Below, piece after piece: positions 50,198-58,600 of a stretch of 64,000 nucleotides of DNA. A program made the position numbers and the translations under genes. A model generated the notes under the pieces. The model was not told where the DNA came from and searched no databases. It saw only the letters and a list, made by a program, of their open reading frames with translations. Positions within the stretch are counted from its first letter, which is position 1. Each line of letters starts with the position of its first letter. The stretch spans positions 160,001-224,000 of the forward strand of contig CAWFJP010000003.1 of the NCBI GenBank assembly GCA_963816145.1. The letters run 5' to 3'. This DNA is from an uncultured delta proteobacterium. Its GTDB lineage: Bacteria; Desulfobacterota; Binatia; UBA9968.

Positions 50198-50431
50198 CTA
50201 GCCGCTGGTGATTACGATGCCGCATTTTTCACAGCGATAACGAGCTTCGCGGCCGCCCGCATGAGTCAGTTCCTCAAACTCGAAGTGTTTGATGCCGCTG
50301 CTGTCGAAACACTCCGGGCAATGACCGTCGCCTAACTCTTCCGCGGCCAGGGTCAAATGGCAGCGCCGGCAACGCATGGTGCTCTTGCGTTCAACAAGGA
50401 GTTCTAAAGTTGCGTGCCGGCACGAAGTCAT
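50198..50431 (-). CDS. Small putative zinc-ribbon protein
   Basis: CRH, CRRC, CPEC and CEKC in 77 aa; starts 15 bp after the uup stop. Confidence 0.6.
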   Translation of the reverse strand: MTSCRHATLELLVERKSTMRCRRCHLTLAAEELGDGHCPECFDSSGIKHFEFEELTHAGGREARYRCEKCGIVITSG

Positions 50432-50446
50432 CGATTCGGAGGGTAA

Positions 50447-52360
50447 TCAGTTGTTCGCCGCCGCCGTCAACAGCTCCAACTCCTGCCAGCGTGTGTAACA
50501 GGTGTCGAGTTCGGTTTTCACCGCCTCCAACCGCTCCATCGTCACGCTGATCTTTTCGCTGCCCTGACGGTAAAAGCCCGGTTCGCCCATGCGGCGGTTG
50601 ATCTCCGCCTGTTCAGCTTCCAAAGTTTCGATTTGTTCCGGCAACGCCGTTAGTTCACGTTGTTCCTTGTAAGTGAGTTTGCGCGGCTTGTCCCTGCGTT
50701 TGCTGTCGACCGGCGTGGGCATGGCTGCGCCATTGGCGCGCTTCTTGGTTTCGCCGGGGACGTCGGGAATTTGCCGCTGATAGCGAGCCCAGTCTTCGTA
50801 GCCGCCGGCATATTCGGTGAACCTGCCATCGCCTTCGAAGACCAGCGTGCTGGTGACAACGTTATCGAGAAAGGTGCGATCGTGGCTGACAAGCAAAAGC
50901 GTTCCTTCGTATTCGGACAACAGCTCTTCAAGAAGTTCCAAGGTGTCGACGTCGAGATCGTTGGTTGGCTCATCGAGCACCATCAAGTTGGCCGACTGAG
51001 TGAACAGCTTGGCCAACAGCAGCCGATTGCGTTCGCCTCCGGATAGCGCACTGACCGGCGAATCGATGCGCTGAGGCGGGAATAGAAAATCCTTCAAGTA
51101 ACCGATCACATGGCGCGAGCGGCCCCGGACGGTGACATAATCCGAGTCGCTCAAGTTCTCGCGCACGGTCTTGTCCGGGTCGAGAGTACGGCGGTGCTGA
51201 TCGAAATAAGCGACCTGCAGCCGGGTGCCCAACAACACTTCGCCGCTGGTCGGCTCGAGTTCGCCCAAGATCAGTTTCAGCAGAGTGCTCTTGCCGGATC
51301 CGTTGGGACCGATGATGCCGACCCGGTCGCCGCGCAGAATGCGCGTTGACAGTTCGCGAATGATTGGCTGGTCGCCGTAACGAAAACTCACGCGGCGCAC
51401 ATCGACCACCAGCTTGCCGGAAGTGGAGCCAGCGTCGAGAGTGAAACGGGCCTTGCCCTGAGCATCCAAGCGGTCGGCCTTTTCTTTACGTAGGGCTTGC
51501 AGCGCGCGCACCCGCCCTTCATTGCGGGTGCGCCGCGCCCTCACGCCTTTGCGGATCCAGACCTCTTCCTCGGCGAGCTTCTTGTCGAACTTGGCGGCGG
51601 CGCGCTCCTCTATTTCCAAGAGCTCGTCTTTTTTTTGCAAGTAGCGATCGAAGTCGCCGGGAAACGATAGGAGTTTGCCGCGGTCGAGTTCAACGATGCG
51701 AGTCGCCAGACGGCGGACAAAAGTTCGATCATGGGTGATAAACATGACCGCGCCTTGGTAATTGAGCAGGTATTTTTCCAGCCAGTTGATGGCATTGATA
51801 TCGAGATGGTTGGTCGGCTCATCGAGCAGCAACAAGTCGGGCTCGCTGGCGAGCGCGCGCGCCAACATCACCTGGCGGCGTATACCGCCGGAGCACTCGG
51901 CGAGGCGCTTATCCTCCGGAAGGTTCAAACGCGTGAGCACGGTTTCGACTCGTTGATTGATGTTCCAACCGCCCAGGCTCTCGATCCTGGCCTGCAGCCG
52001 CGCCAGCAAAAGCAACGATTCGCGATTGCCCACTCCGTCACCATGGGTGAGGTTGTGATACTCGGCCAGCAGTTGGCCAAGCTCGCCGGTGCCGCTGGCG
52101 ACGACTTCAAAAACCGTCTGGTCGGTGTCGGGCGGTACCTCCTGTTCTAAGTGGGCAACGCGCAATGAGTCGGCGCGCCAGATCTCGCCATCGTCGGCAA
52201 GCGTGTCTCCGGAGATTATCCGAAACAGCGTCGTCTTACCGGTGCCATTGCGCCCGACCAGACAGACCCGTTCACCGGCATCGATTTGAAAACCGACCTG
52301 GGACAAGAGCGGAATATGGCCGTAGGCGTGGGAAATATTATCGAGACGAAGTAACGGCAT
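50447..52360 (-). CDS. uup: ABC-F family ATPase Uup
   Basis: Two ABC domains, WIRKGVRARRTRNEGRV linker, C-terminal KLTYKEQREL coiled coil. Confidence 0.93.
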   Translation of the reverse strand: MPLLRLDNISHAYGHIPLLSQVGFQIDAGERVCLVGRNGTGKTTLFRIISGDTLADDGEIWRADSLRVAHLEQEVPPDTDQTVFEVVASGTGELGQLLAEYHNLTHGDGVGNRESLLLLARLQARIESLGGWNINQRVETVLTRLNLPEDKRLAECSGGIRRQVMLARALASEPDLLLLDEPTNHLDINAINWLEKYLLNYQGAVMFITHDRTFVRRLATRIVELDRGKLLSFPGDFDRYLQKKDELLEIEERAAAKFDKKLAEEEVWIRKGVRARRTRNEGRVRALQALRKEKADRLDAQGKARFTLDAGSTSGKLVVDVRRVSFRYGDQPIIRELSTRILRGDRVGIIGPNGSGKSTLLKLILGELEPTSGEVLLGTRLQVAYFDQHRRTLDPDKTVRENLSDSDYVTVRGRSRHVIGYLKDFLFPPQRIDSPVSALSGGERNRLLLAKLFTQSANLMVLDEPTNDLDVDTLELLEELLSEYEGTLLLVSHDRTFLDNVVTSTLVFEGDGRFTEYAGGYEDWARYQRQIPDVPGETKKRANGAAMPTPVDSKRRDKPRKLTYKEQRELTALPEQIETLEAEQAEINRRMGEPGFYRQGSEKISVTMERLEAVKTELDTCYTRWQELELLTAAANN

Positions 52361-52431
52361 CGGAGCGTATATCTAGTTCCATTCGAATTAATGCAAGTTG
52401 TTACGAAATACCGACGCTCGCAGCGATCGCC

Positions 52432-52725
52432 TCAGCGCATCAACGCCGCAGCCAAAGCAATGGCCGCCAAAGTCGCGGTAGCGATCAGGGCGATCAGCAC
52501 AAACTGCACGGTCTTGCGCAATTTGGCCAGTTGCACTCGCAGCACGGTGAATTGCACATCCACCGTCTCGTTGAGTTCGGCCTGAAGTTCGAAGCTTTTC
52601 TCCAGGGCAACCAGGCGATCCCCACAGTGGTCGGGGCGCAGGTCGGCGAGCCGCTTTCGCAGCGATCCCGCCGCGGTGGCGCCGCCTGACACCAGCGGCC
52701 GTAATTTGGCGAATAGCTGCTTCAT
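52432..52725 (-). CDS. Hypothetical coiled-coil protein with C-terminal TM helix
   Basis: Heptad-like middle and hydrophobic tail VLIALIATATLAAIALAAAL. Confidence 0.55.
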   Translation of the reverse strand: MKQLFAKLRPLVSGGATAAGSLRKRLADLRPDHCGDRLVALEKSFELQAELNETVDVQFTVLRVQLAKLRKTVQFVLIALIATATLAAIALAAALMR

Positions 52726-52893
52726 CGCTCGAGTTCGCTCAACTCGTTCATGTCAAGATATTACCCTAATCCTGATGCGGGATAAACTCGGCACGAAGGT
52801 ATGCCGTTGGTGCATAGTTTCGTTGAATAGGCTGCTAGCGAAGAATTCTTCGGGGTGGCTATCGCAGCGCATTCCCCATAATCCGGTCACCTC

Positions 52894-53427
52894 TTATGGA
52901 TCATGGTAGTTCATCGTGTTGTGTTGAATGGTGTTCATGAAATAGAGCGCCAACGGCCGGCCCTGCGCGTCCGCCGCCGCGAGCAAGCGCGGCGAGGTCT
53001 CGTAACGTCGAAAGAAATTATCGTAGCCGAGCTGTTCATAAGCGTTCTGTTCCGGCAGACTGCGAGCGTAAATGATGCCCGAGCGAGTCGCGCGAAGTTC
53101 TTGCGGCACGGCTTGGGCCAGCGGCAAGCCCTGCCCGGAATTGTTGCCGATGATGACGTAGTCGACCGCCTTGGCTAACTCGGCTAGCGTTCTGATAATG
53201 CCAGGCAGCGATACTTCATCCCAGTTTTTCATCTCGGCTTTGCCCAGCGCTGCGTTCAACACTTTGGGATACCCTTCGGCGATCTGAAACATGCCGTTTT
53301 GCTGTACGATGCGCGCCCAGGGCAGCGGCGGCTCGGTGACGAATTCGCCGACAGTGACTTCGTTATCGAGAATCAGCGCGACGAACTGCTGGTTTCGCGC
53401 CTGATGAAGCAGTGTAGTTAAATCCAT
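52894..53427 (-). CDS. Hypothetical protein
   Basis: 177-aa ORF with normal composition filling the intergenic gap; YVIIGNNSGQG. Confidence 0.65.
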   Translation of the reverse strand: MDLTTLLHQARNQQFVALILDNEVTVGEFVTEPPLPWARIVQQNGMFQIAEGYPKVLNAALGKAEMKNWDEVSLPGIIRTLAELAKAVDYVIIGNNSGQGLPLAQAVPQELRATRSGIIYARSLPEQNAYEQLGYDNFFRRYETSPRLLAAADAQGRPLALYFMNTIQHNTMNYHDP

Positions 53428-53446
53428 TAAATATAACCCTTTCGAA

Positions 53447-53645
53447 CTCCTAAAATTACATGTGCAAGTATGAGCGGGCGGCGAATTGGCACGAGGTTTC
53501 CGTCATACCGGCGAAAGCCGGTATCCATCCCCTCCCGCCCCTGGATGCCGGCCTTCGCCGGCATGACGAATCAAGGAAAACACCATGGGCTGTTGGGATG
53601 GTTGCAATTTCATACTCTGTAGACGAGCGTAAGCTCATGAACACT
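53447..53645 (-). mobile_element. ~195-bp non-autonomous element, copy 3
   Basis: CT|CCTAAAATTACATGTGCA...GCAATTTCATACTCTGTAGACGAGCGTAAGCTCATGAACA|CT; flanks TTCGAA / TCGTGGCCTTCGA. Confidence 0.78.
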
Positions 53646-53728
53646 TCGTGGCCTTCGAACTACTATGACTGAGAATTTGCGCGGCCTGCGCAAATATTAT
53701 CGCCGTGCAATCGCCAACCCACCGCGCC

Positions 53729-53853
53729 AGGGCGTATGCCATACGCCCCTACATTCGGAATACCTCCGAGAGTTTGTTTTGCGTTCTTTGCACCATTTGC
53801 GGTTAAATCATCCGAGTCCGAATCTTCTGCGGTTGCGGCGCCGCCGCGCTGTG
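53729..53853. repeat. GTAG-type REP palindrome plus GGTTGCGGC..GCCGCGCTG palindrome
   Basis: AGGGCGTATGCCATACGCCCCTAC; GGTTGCGGCGCCGCCGCGCTG. Confidence 0.6.
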
Positions 53854-53896
53854 TTCTGCATGGTGAAGATCTGATTCCCCGGATCTCGAACCATCA

Positions 53897-54955
53897 TTAT
53901 TCGTATAAACTTTTGATGAAGCCGCTGTCTTCCATGGATTTGAGTATGCCCGGATCGCTGAACGATGCCGGATCGGCGCCCTTGGCTTTGGGGAATTCTT
54001 TGGCGATGGAGTCGAGCACGGTGCGAATCCCGCTCATGGACGGATACGGCACGCGATCGAAGTAAGTGTTGGCGTACTGATCGTAGGTGCGCTCGGCGTA
54101 TTTCTCTTTGTCCGCCTCCATGCGCATTTTCTTCAAAATAATCCGAATGCTTTCCTTCTTGTTGCGTTTGAAATAGGCGATGCCCTCGACATAAGCGCGC
54201 ATGACTCGGGTCGCCTGATCGCGATTGCCGCGCAGATAGCCGCGCGTCGACACCAGCATGCTTTGCAGATAGTGAATGTTCATCTTGGCGAGGTCCGCCA
54301 GAACTCGAAAACCATTGTCCTCGGCGATGAAATAGGACGGATCCGTAAGAACCGCGCCGTCGACGATTTTCTTTTGCAGGCTCACCAGCATGGTCGGTGA
54401 GGAACCGATCTGCAAGACGTTCAGCTCCTCCTGGCGCAGGTTCCAATGATTGAGCAAGAGAGTCAGAACCGTATGGGATGCGGTGCCGAAGGCGGTAATG
54501 GCGATGCGCTTGCCCTTCAAGGCCTCCGGCGTATCGATATCCGGCCGCACCAGCAGCCGATGAACGCCTTTGTTGTTGAGCGCAGCGATCATCATCACAT
54601 CGCTGCCCTTGAGCATGGAGCTGATCACCGGACCGCCGCTAGCGCTGGCGAATTGAATATCGCCTGCCAGCAAAGCGTTAATGCCGCGCGCCGCCCCGCC
54701 GCCGATGAAGATCGCCTCGACGTCAAGGCCATGCTTCTTGAAAAACCCGTGCTCCTCGGCCACCCATATCGCGCTATTGCTCGGGCTAAAGGCGCCCATG
54801 CCAATGCGAATTTTGTCCAACGCTTGGACCGATTCAGGCGGACAGAGGCTGAAGATGTTCACCACGAAGGACACGAAGATCACGAAGGTCGGAAAATTAC
54901 TTGATTGAAACCTTCGTGTCCTTCGTGCTCTTCGTGGTGATAATGAATTTGTCAT
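53897..54955 (-). CDS. ABC substrate-binding protein, SsuA/NMT1/THI5-like, with repeat-encoded signal peptide
   Basis: Close paralog of 29841 (DKIRIG, WVAEEHGFF, MEDSGFIK); N-terminus overlaps a family C repeat. Confidence 0.88.
   Translation of the reverse strand: MTNSLSPRRARRTRRFQSSNFPTFVIFVSFVVNIFSLCPPESVQALDKIRIGMGAFSPSNSAIWVAEEHGFFKKHGLDVEAIFIGGGAARGINALLAGDIQFASASGGPVISSMLKGSDVMMIAALNNKGVHRLLVRPDIDTPEALKGKRIAITAFGTASHTVLTLLLNHWNLRQEELNVLQIGSSPTMLVSLQKKIVDGAVLTDPSYFIAEDNGFRVLADLAKMNIHYLQSMLVSTRGYLRGNRDQATRVMRAYVEGIAYFKRNKKESIRIILKKMRMEADKEKYAERTYDQYANTYFDRVPYPSMSGIRTVLDSIAKEFPKAKGADPASFSDPGILKSMEDSGFIKSLYE
54858..54940. repeat. Family C hairpin repeat inside a CDS
   Basis: TCACCACGAAGGACACGAAGATCACGAAGG ... 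CCTTCGTGTCCTTCGTGCTCTTCGTGGTGA. Confidence 0.85.
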
Positions 54956-54964
54956 CGTAGTTGC

Positions 54965-55675
54965 TCAACTCGGCCAGTCCGCTAGCAGTTTGCCATACCC
55001 TGGGAGCGGCGCGGGTTGCCCCAATTGTGAAAGAATTTCCCAAAGCATCGCCGGATTGCTGGCGACGGTGGTGATCTTTAAATCGTTTTCGATCTGTTGC
55101 AGCACCGGCAAGGGATCGAGCACGGCGCCTTGAAAATAGATCGCGTCGACCGAACCCACTTCGGCCAACGACTGTTTAGTCAGATCGTAGACAGCCGCCG
55201 GCCCCAAGCGGCCAGCTTCAGCGATATTGGCGAAGGACTTGGGCGCCCGCACCGAGAATCCGGCCTCGGTCAGATACTCTTCGATCATGCCGTTCAACCG
55301 GTTTTCGAAGGGCGTCAGCAGCAGCAATCGCTGGGCGCCGTAGCGGCGCAACGCATGCACCGATGCTGTAAGCGCGGTGGTCACGGGGATTTGCAGCGCT
55401 GCTTTGAGTTCGCCGAACAGTCCGGGATTCATCACCTCGGTGGGCGCGCCGATGAGAATGGCGGCGTGCCATTTCTTTTCAGCGGCAAGTTCAACGATGC
55501 GGCGCACGACTTCCTGCTTCTTGCCGATGATTTCGTAAAGTGATTGGCCGAACAGTCCCAACCCTTGAAAGTCGAACTTCGCAAAGTCCGGCACCAGTTT
55601 CATAAAGCCATCATAATGCGGCCAGGTCGCCGGCCCAGGACTGACGAAACCGATATTGAGAGTGGCGGAGGTCAT
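54965..55675 (-). CDS. Maleate isomerase / arylmalonate decarboxylase-like protein, cysteine-free
   Basis: Paralog of 31986 (PHY, GLGL, NPG, TPF, AIYFQGA, ASNPAM, GYG.LL); contains no Cys. Confidence 0.8.
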   Translation of the reverse strand: MTSATLNIGFVSPGPATWPHYDGFMKLVPDFAKFDFQGLGLFGQSLYEIIGKKQEVVRRIVELAAEKKWHAAILIGAPTEVMNPGLFGELKAALQIPVTTALTASVHALRRYGAQRLLLLTPFENRLNGMIEEYLTEAGFSVRAPKSFANIAEAGRLGPAAVYDLTKQSLAEVGSVDAIYFQGAVLDPLPVLQQIENDLKITTVASNPAMLWEILSQLGQPAPLPGYGKLLADWPS

Positions 55676-55904
55676 CGACCAATTCCTCGCATGACTAGAT
55701 CAATAGCATAGCAGATTAAGAAAACCACGTTAGGCGTTAAGTTGTATTGGAGTGCAAGCCCGCGCTAAAAAGGCAGTAATGTCCCACCCGACAAGTTTGC
55801 TGCATGGTGCACCAGTGAATGCGGGCAACCCGGGCGACGCTACCAATCTTGTGACCCATCTTTTTAGCGGGAGAAGGGAGTTGCGGGCAGATGGATATTT
55901 GTGA

Positions 55905-56052
55905 TCTCCCCTTTTGGAAAAGGGGGTTCAAGGGAGATTTGATTGATTGGCGTGTCGGTATGCTTCGTAGCCATCGGACTCTGCTCTGAACCGATAGAGC
56001 TGCAAGATCGAAAAAACATCTCCCCTGTCCCCCTCTTTTTCAAAGCGGGGTA
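55905..56052. repeat. Family E-related hairpin pair
   Basis: TCTCCCCTTTTGGAAAAGGGGGTTCAAGGGAGATTT ... ATCTCCCCTGTCCCCCTCTTTTTCAAAGCGGGG. Confidence 0.7.
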
Positions 56053-56143
56053 TCAATCAACGAAAGCTAGGGTCGGTCCTGATTTCCAAATAACTGGCGA
56101 GGCGGGACGATCGACTGAGAACTGAGAACCAGAAAGAAGTTGA

Positions 56144-57481
56144 ATGTCAAACCAAACCGATATCCCTCTAGAAGATCGCTTGGTCGAGCTCATGCGTCAT
56201 CTTGGCATCGAGCGCAGCCATTTCGCCGCTTGCATGCCGCGCGATTGGGAAGGCTTGGCGCAGCATCGTCGCGAGCAAATTGCCTCGTTAACTCTGATCT
56301 GTCCCATGGGAATCAATCACAAGGCGCTGGGCGACAAGCTGATACCGATTCTGATCGTCGCCGGCGACCGCGGTCGAGCCGCGTTGGCCGCCCATGAGGA
56401 CGCTGGGAAAATTGCCGGAGCTACCGATCTCACGCTGGCGAATTACTTCAGCCCCTCCTGGGCCGACGCCATCGCCGACCGCCCGATTGAGATCGGCAAC
56501 GCTATGAAGAAATTCATTGGGCGGAATGCGGGTCTCGTCGCGCCGACCGAGTTCTCCGCCAATAGAGCCGAAGGCGAAATTGCCGAAATTAGTTACACGA
56601 TCCTCGGCAAGGGCGAGCCGTTGATACTCATGCCTCTCGCTTTGGCGCCATCCCAGTGGCAGCCGTTAATTGACGAATTGAGCCAACACTTCTGTACCAT
56701 CACGCTAGGCGGCAAGCATTTGGGAATGGTCGCTCATCTCGAAATCCGCGCCCAGTCGAGTTACATGCGCGTCATCGATCAGCTGCTCGGCGAGTTGAAC
56801 CTTGCGCCGGGGCAATCGTTGTTGGAGGTTGGCTGCGGCCCGGGGGCAATCGTGCGCCGTATCGCTGCCTCTAGCCGAGGCGCGAATCCGATCGTCGCCG
56901 CTGACGTGAACCGCTACTTGATGCGCGAAGCCGCAGCGCTCGCAAAACGCGAGGGGCTTGACCGCTTTATCGAATTCCGCGAAGGTGACGCCGAGAAATT
57001 GCCCTTCGCCGCTAACCGATTCGATCGCACGATCTCCTGCACCGTAATGGAGGAAGGCGACGCCGACCGCATGCTAAGCGAATTTGTCCGGGTCACCAAA
57101 CCTGGCGGCAAAGTCGGCGCGGTAGTTCGCTCCACCGACTTGCCCCGTTGGGTCAATCTCCCGTTAAGCGCGCAATTGAAAGTCAAAGTTGATTCCGCCG
57201 GATTCTTCGTTGGCAACGTCACCGAAAAGGGCTGCGCCGACGCGAGCCTGTACCGGCGCATGATCGCCGCCGGTTTGAAAGATGTCGCGATGCTGCCGCA
57301 ATGGGCGAGCCACAAAGATGGCGAAAGATTAGATTACCTGCATGACCGCATCGTCAGCTTGCTTAACCCGAACGAAATCAGCGAATGGCGCGGCGCCGTC
57401 GAACGCGCCCAGGCTGACGGGACTTTTTTTATCTCAGAACCATTTCACTGCGCGGTGGGGGTGAAGCCAGGTAAGGGGTAA
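56144..57481 (+). CDS. Class I SAM methyltransferase with N-terminal degenerate alpha/beta-hydrolase-like domain
   Basis: LLEVGCGPG, GDAEKLPF, RVTKPGG; hydrolase-like LGIERSHF, PILIVAG, GKGEPLIL. Confidence 0.8.
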   Translation: MSNQTDIPLEDRLVELMRHLGIERSHFAACMPRDWEGLAQHRREQIASLTLICPMGINHKALGDKLIPILIVAGDRGRAALAAHEDAGKIAGATDLTLANYFSPSWADAIADRPIEIGNAMKKFIGRNAGLVAPTEFSANRAEGEIAEISYTILGKGEPLILMPLALAPSQWQPLIDELSQHFCTITLGGKHLGMVAHLEIRAQSSYMRVIDQLLGELNLAPGQSLLEVGCGPGAIVRRIAASSRGANPIVAADVNRYLMREAAALAKREGLDRFIEFREGDAEKLPFAANRFDRTISCTVMEEGDADRMLSEFVRVTKPGGKVGAVVRSTDLPRWVNLPLSAQLKVKVDSAGFFVGNVTEKGCADASLYRRMIAAGLKDVAMLPQWASHKDGERLDYLHDRIVSLLNPNEISEWRGAVERAQADGTFFISEPFHCAVGVKPGKG

Positions 57482-57537
57482 AGGGTTAAGCGTAAGGCGT
57501 CAGATCCGAAACCCTCACCCTTCACCTTTTTACCTCT
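57457..57537. repeat. Family D 7-mer hairpin repeat overlapping the methyltransferase stop
   Basis: GGTAAGGGGTAAAGGGTTAAGCGTAAGGCG-TCAGATCCGAAAC-CCTCACCCTTCACC. Confidence 0.75.
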
Positions 57538-57544
57538 AATCGTT

Positions 57545-58534
57545 TTAAGAACGTAGCGCCGGGAGCACTTCTTCGCCCAACAAATCGATCTGCTCGTACC
57601 AGTCGGTGAAGCGCAGGCGCAAATCGTAGACGATGTGATTGGCGCCGGCCGCTTCATAGGCTTGGCTTTCGCGAACGATGTCGGCGGGCGAGCCGGCGAT
57701 CAGCACGCCGCCCAAGTCTTCGAGGGTTTCAAATTTTCCAGACGGCGGTTTGACCCAGGTCGACGAATTGTGAGCTTCGTCCAAAAGACCTTTGAGATCG
57801 ATGCCGCGCAGCGCACTAGCGATATCATTGCCGATCGTGGTGAACGGCATGACTGCAGTCTCGACCATCGGACGACCGGCTTGGCCACACAGGCCGCGCA
57901 GATACTCCACCCTCTTGTGAAAAGTCGGGTAGTTGATGCGTGCGGGCATCCAGCCATCACCGAGTGTTACGGCGCGGCGGCACGCCGCCGGCGAACTGCC
58001 GCCGATCCAGATGGGAATCGGTTTCTTGGGCAGCGGCTTCAGCGCTACGTCTCGGAATTCGAAATAGGCGCTCCGATGCGACAATGTTTCACCGCGCCAC
58101 AGAGCGCGGCAGATTTCGATATTGATGCGGGCCAGCTCGGCGCGCTCGGCTAGTGACGTTGGCCGCCCGACGGCGGCGAACTCATGCGGGAATCCGCCTA
58201 AACCTAGACCCAAAATAAGCCGTCCGTTCGAGATCTCGCTCAACCCGGCGCAGGATTGCGCCAGATGAATCGGATGACGATGGCAGATCGCCATTGCGGT
58301 GCCGAATTGCAGCTTCGTCGTCACCGATGCCAACGCTGACAGGGTTAACAAGCCTTCCAGATGGCGCGCGTCTCCCCCTTCACCGGCATGCGGTTTGAAA
58401 ACCAGGTGATCACGCACCCATACCGAATCGAAACCATAAGCTTCAGCGCGCCGCGCTCCTTCACGGCAGTCAGTAACCGACAGATGAGCACCGAAATGGG
58501 GCAGCAGGAGACCGAATTTGAGCTTTGCCGTCAT
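57545..58534 (-). CDS. LLM class (luciferase-like) flavin-dependent oxidoreductase
   Basis: AEAYGFDSVWVRDH, GRLILGLG, PIPIWIGG, GDGW, EEVLPAL. Confidence 0.9.
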   Translation of the reverse strand: MTAKLKFGLLLPHFGAHLSVTDCREGARRAEAYGFDSVWVRDHLVFKPHAGEGGDARHLEGLLTLSALASVTTKLQFGTAMAICHRHPIHLAQSCAGLSEISNGRLILGLGLGGFPHEFAAVGRPTSLAERAELARINIEICRALWRGETLSHRSAYFEFRDVALKPLPKKPIPIWIGGSSPAACRRAVTLGDGWMPARINYPTFHKRVEYLRGLCGQAGRPMVETAVMPFTTIGNDIASALRGIDLKGLLDEAHNSSTWVKPPSGKFETLEDLGGVLIAGSPADIVRESQAYEAAGANHIVYDLRLRFTDWYEQIDLLGEEVLPALRS

Positions 58535-58600
58535 GATGTCGTGCAGTGCAGATAGATCGATGGAATCGTTCTGATCGGAGTCGATAATAGAAATTGATCG

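Noticed and set aside
35158-53672. Short ORFs sharing MSLRSST(D/E)YEIA and WIPAFAGMT / MDTGFRRYD (35158, 35306, 37049, 37054, 37154, 53456, 53460)
   Set aside because: They are translations of the 195-bp element and family B REP. Reading frames shift between copies, so conservation is at the DNA level rather than the protein level.
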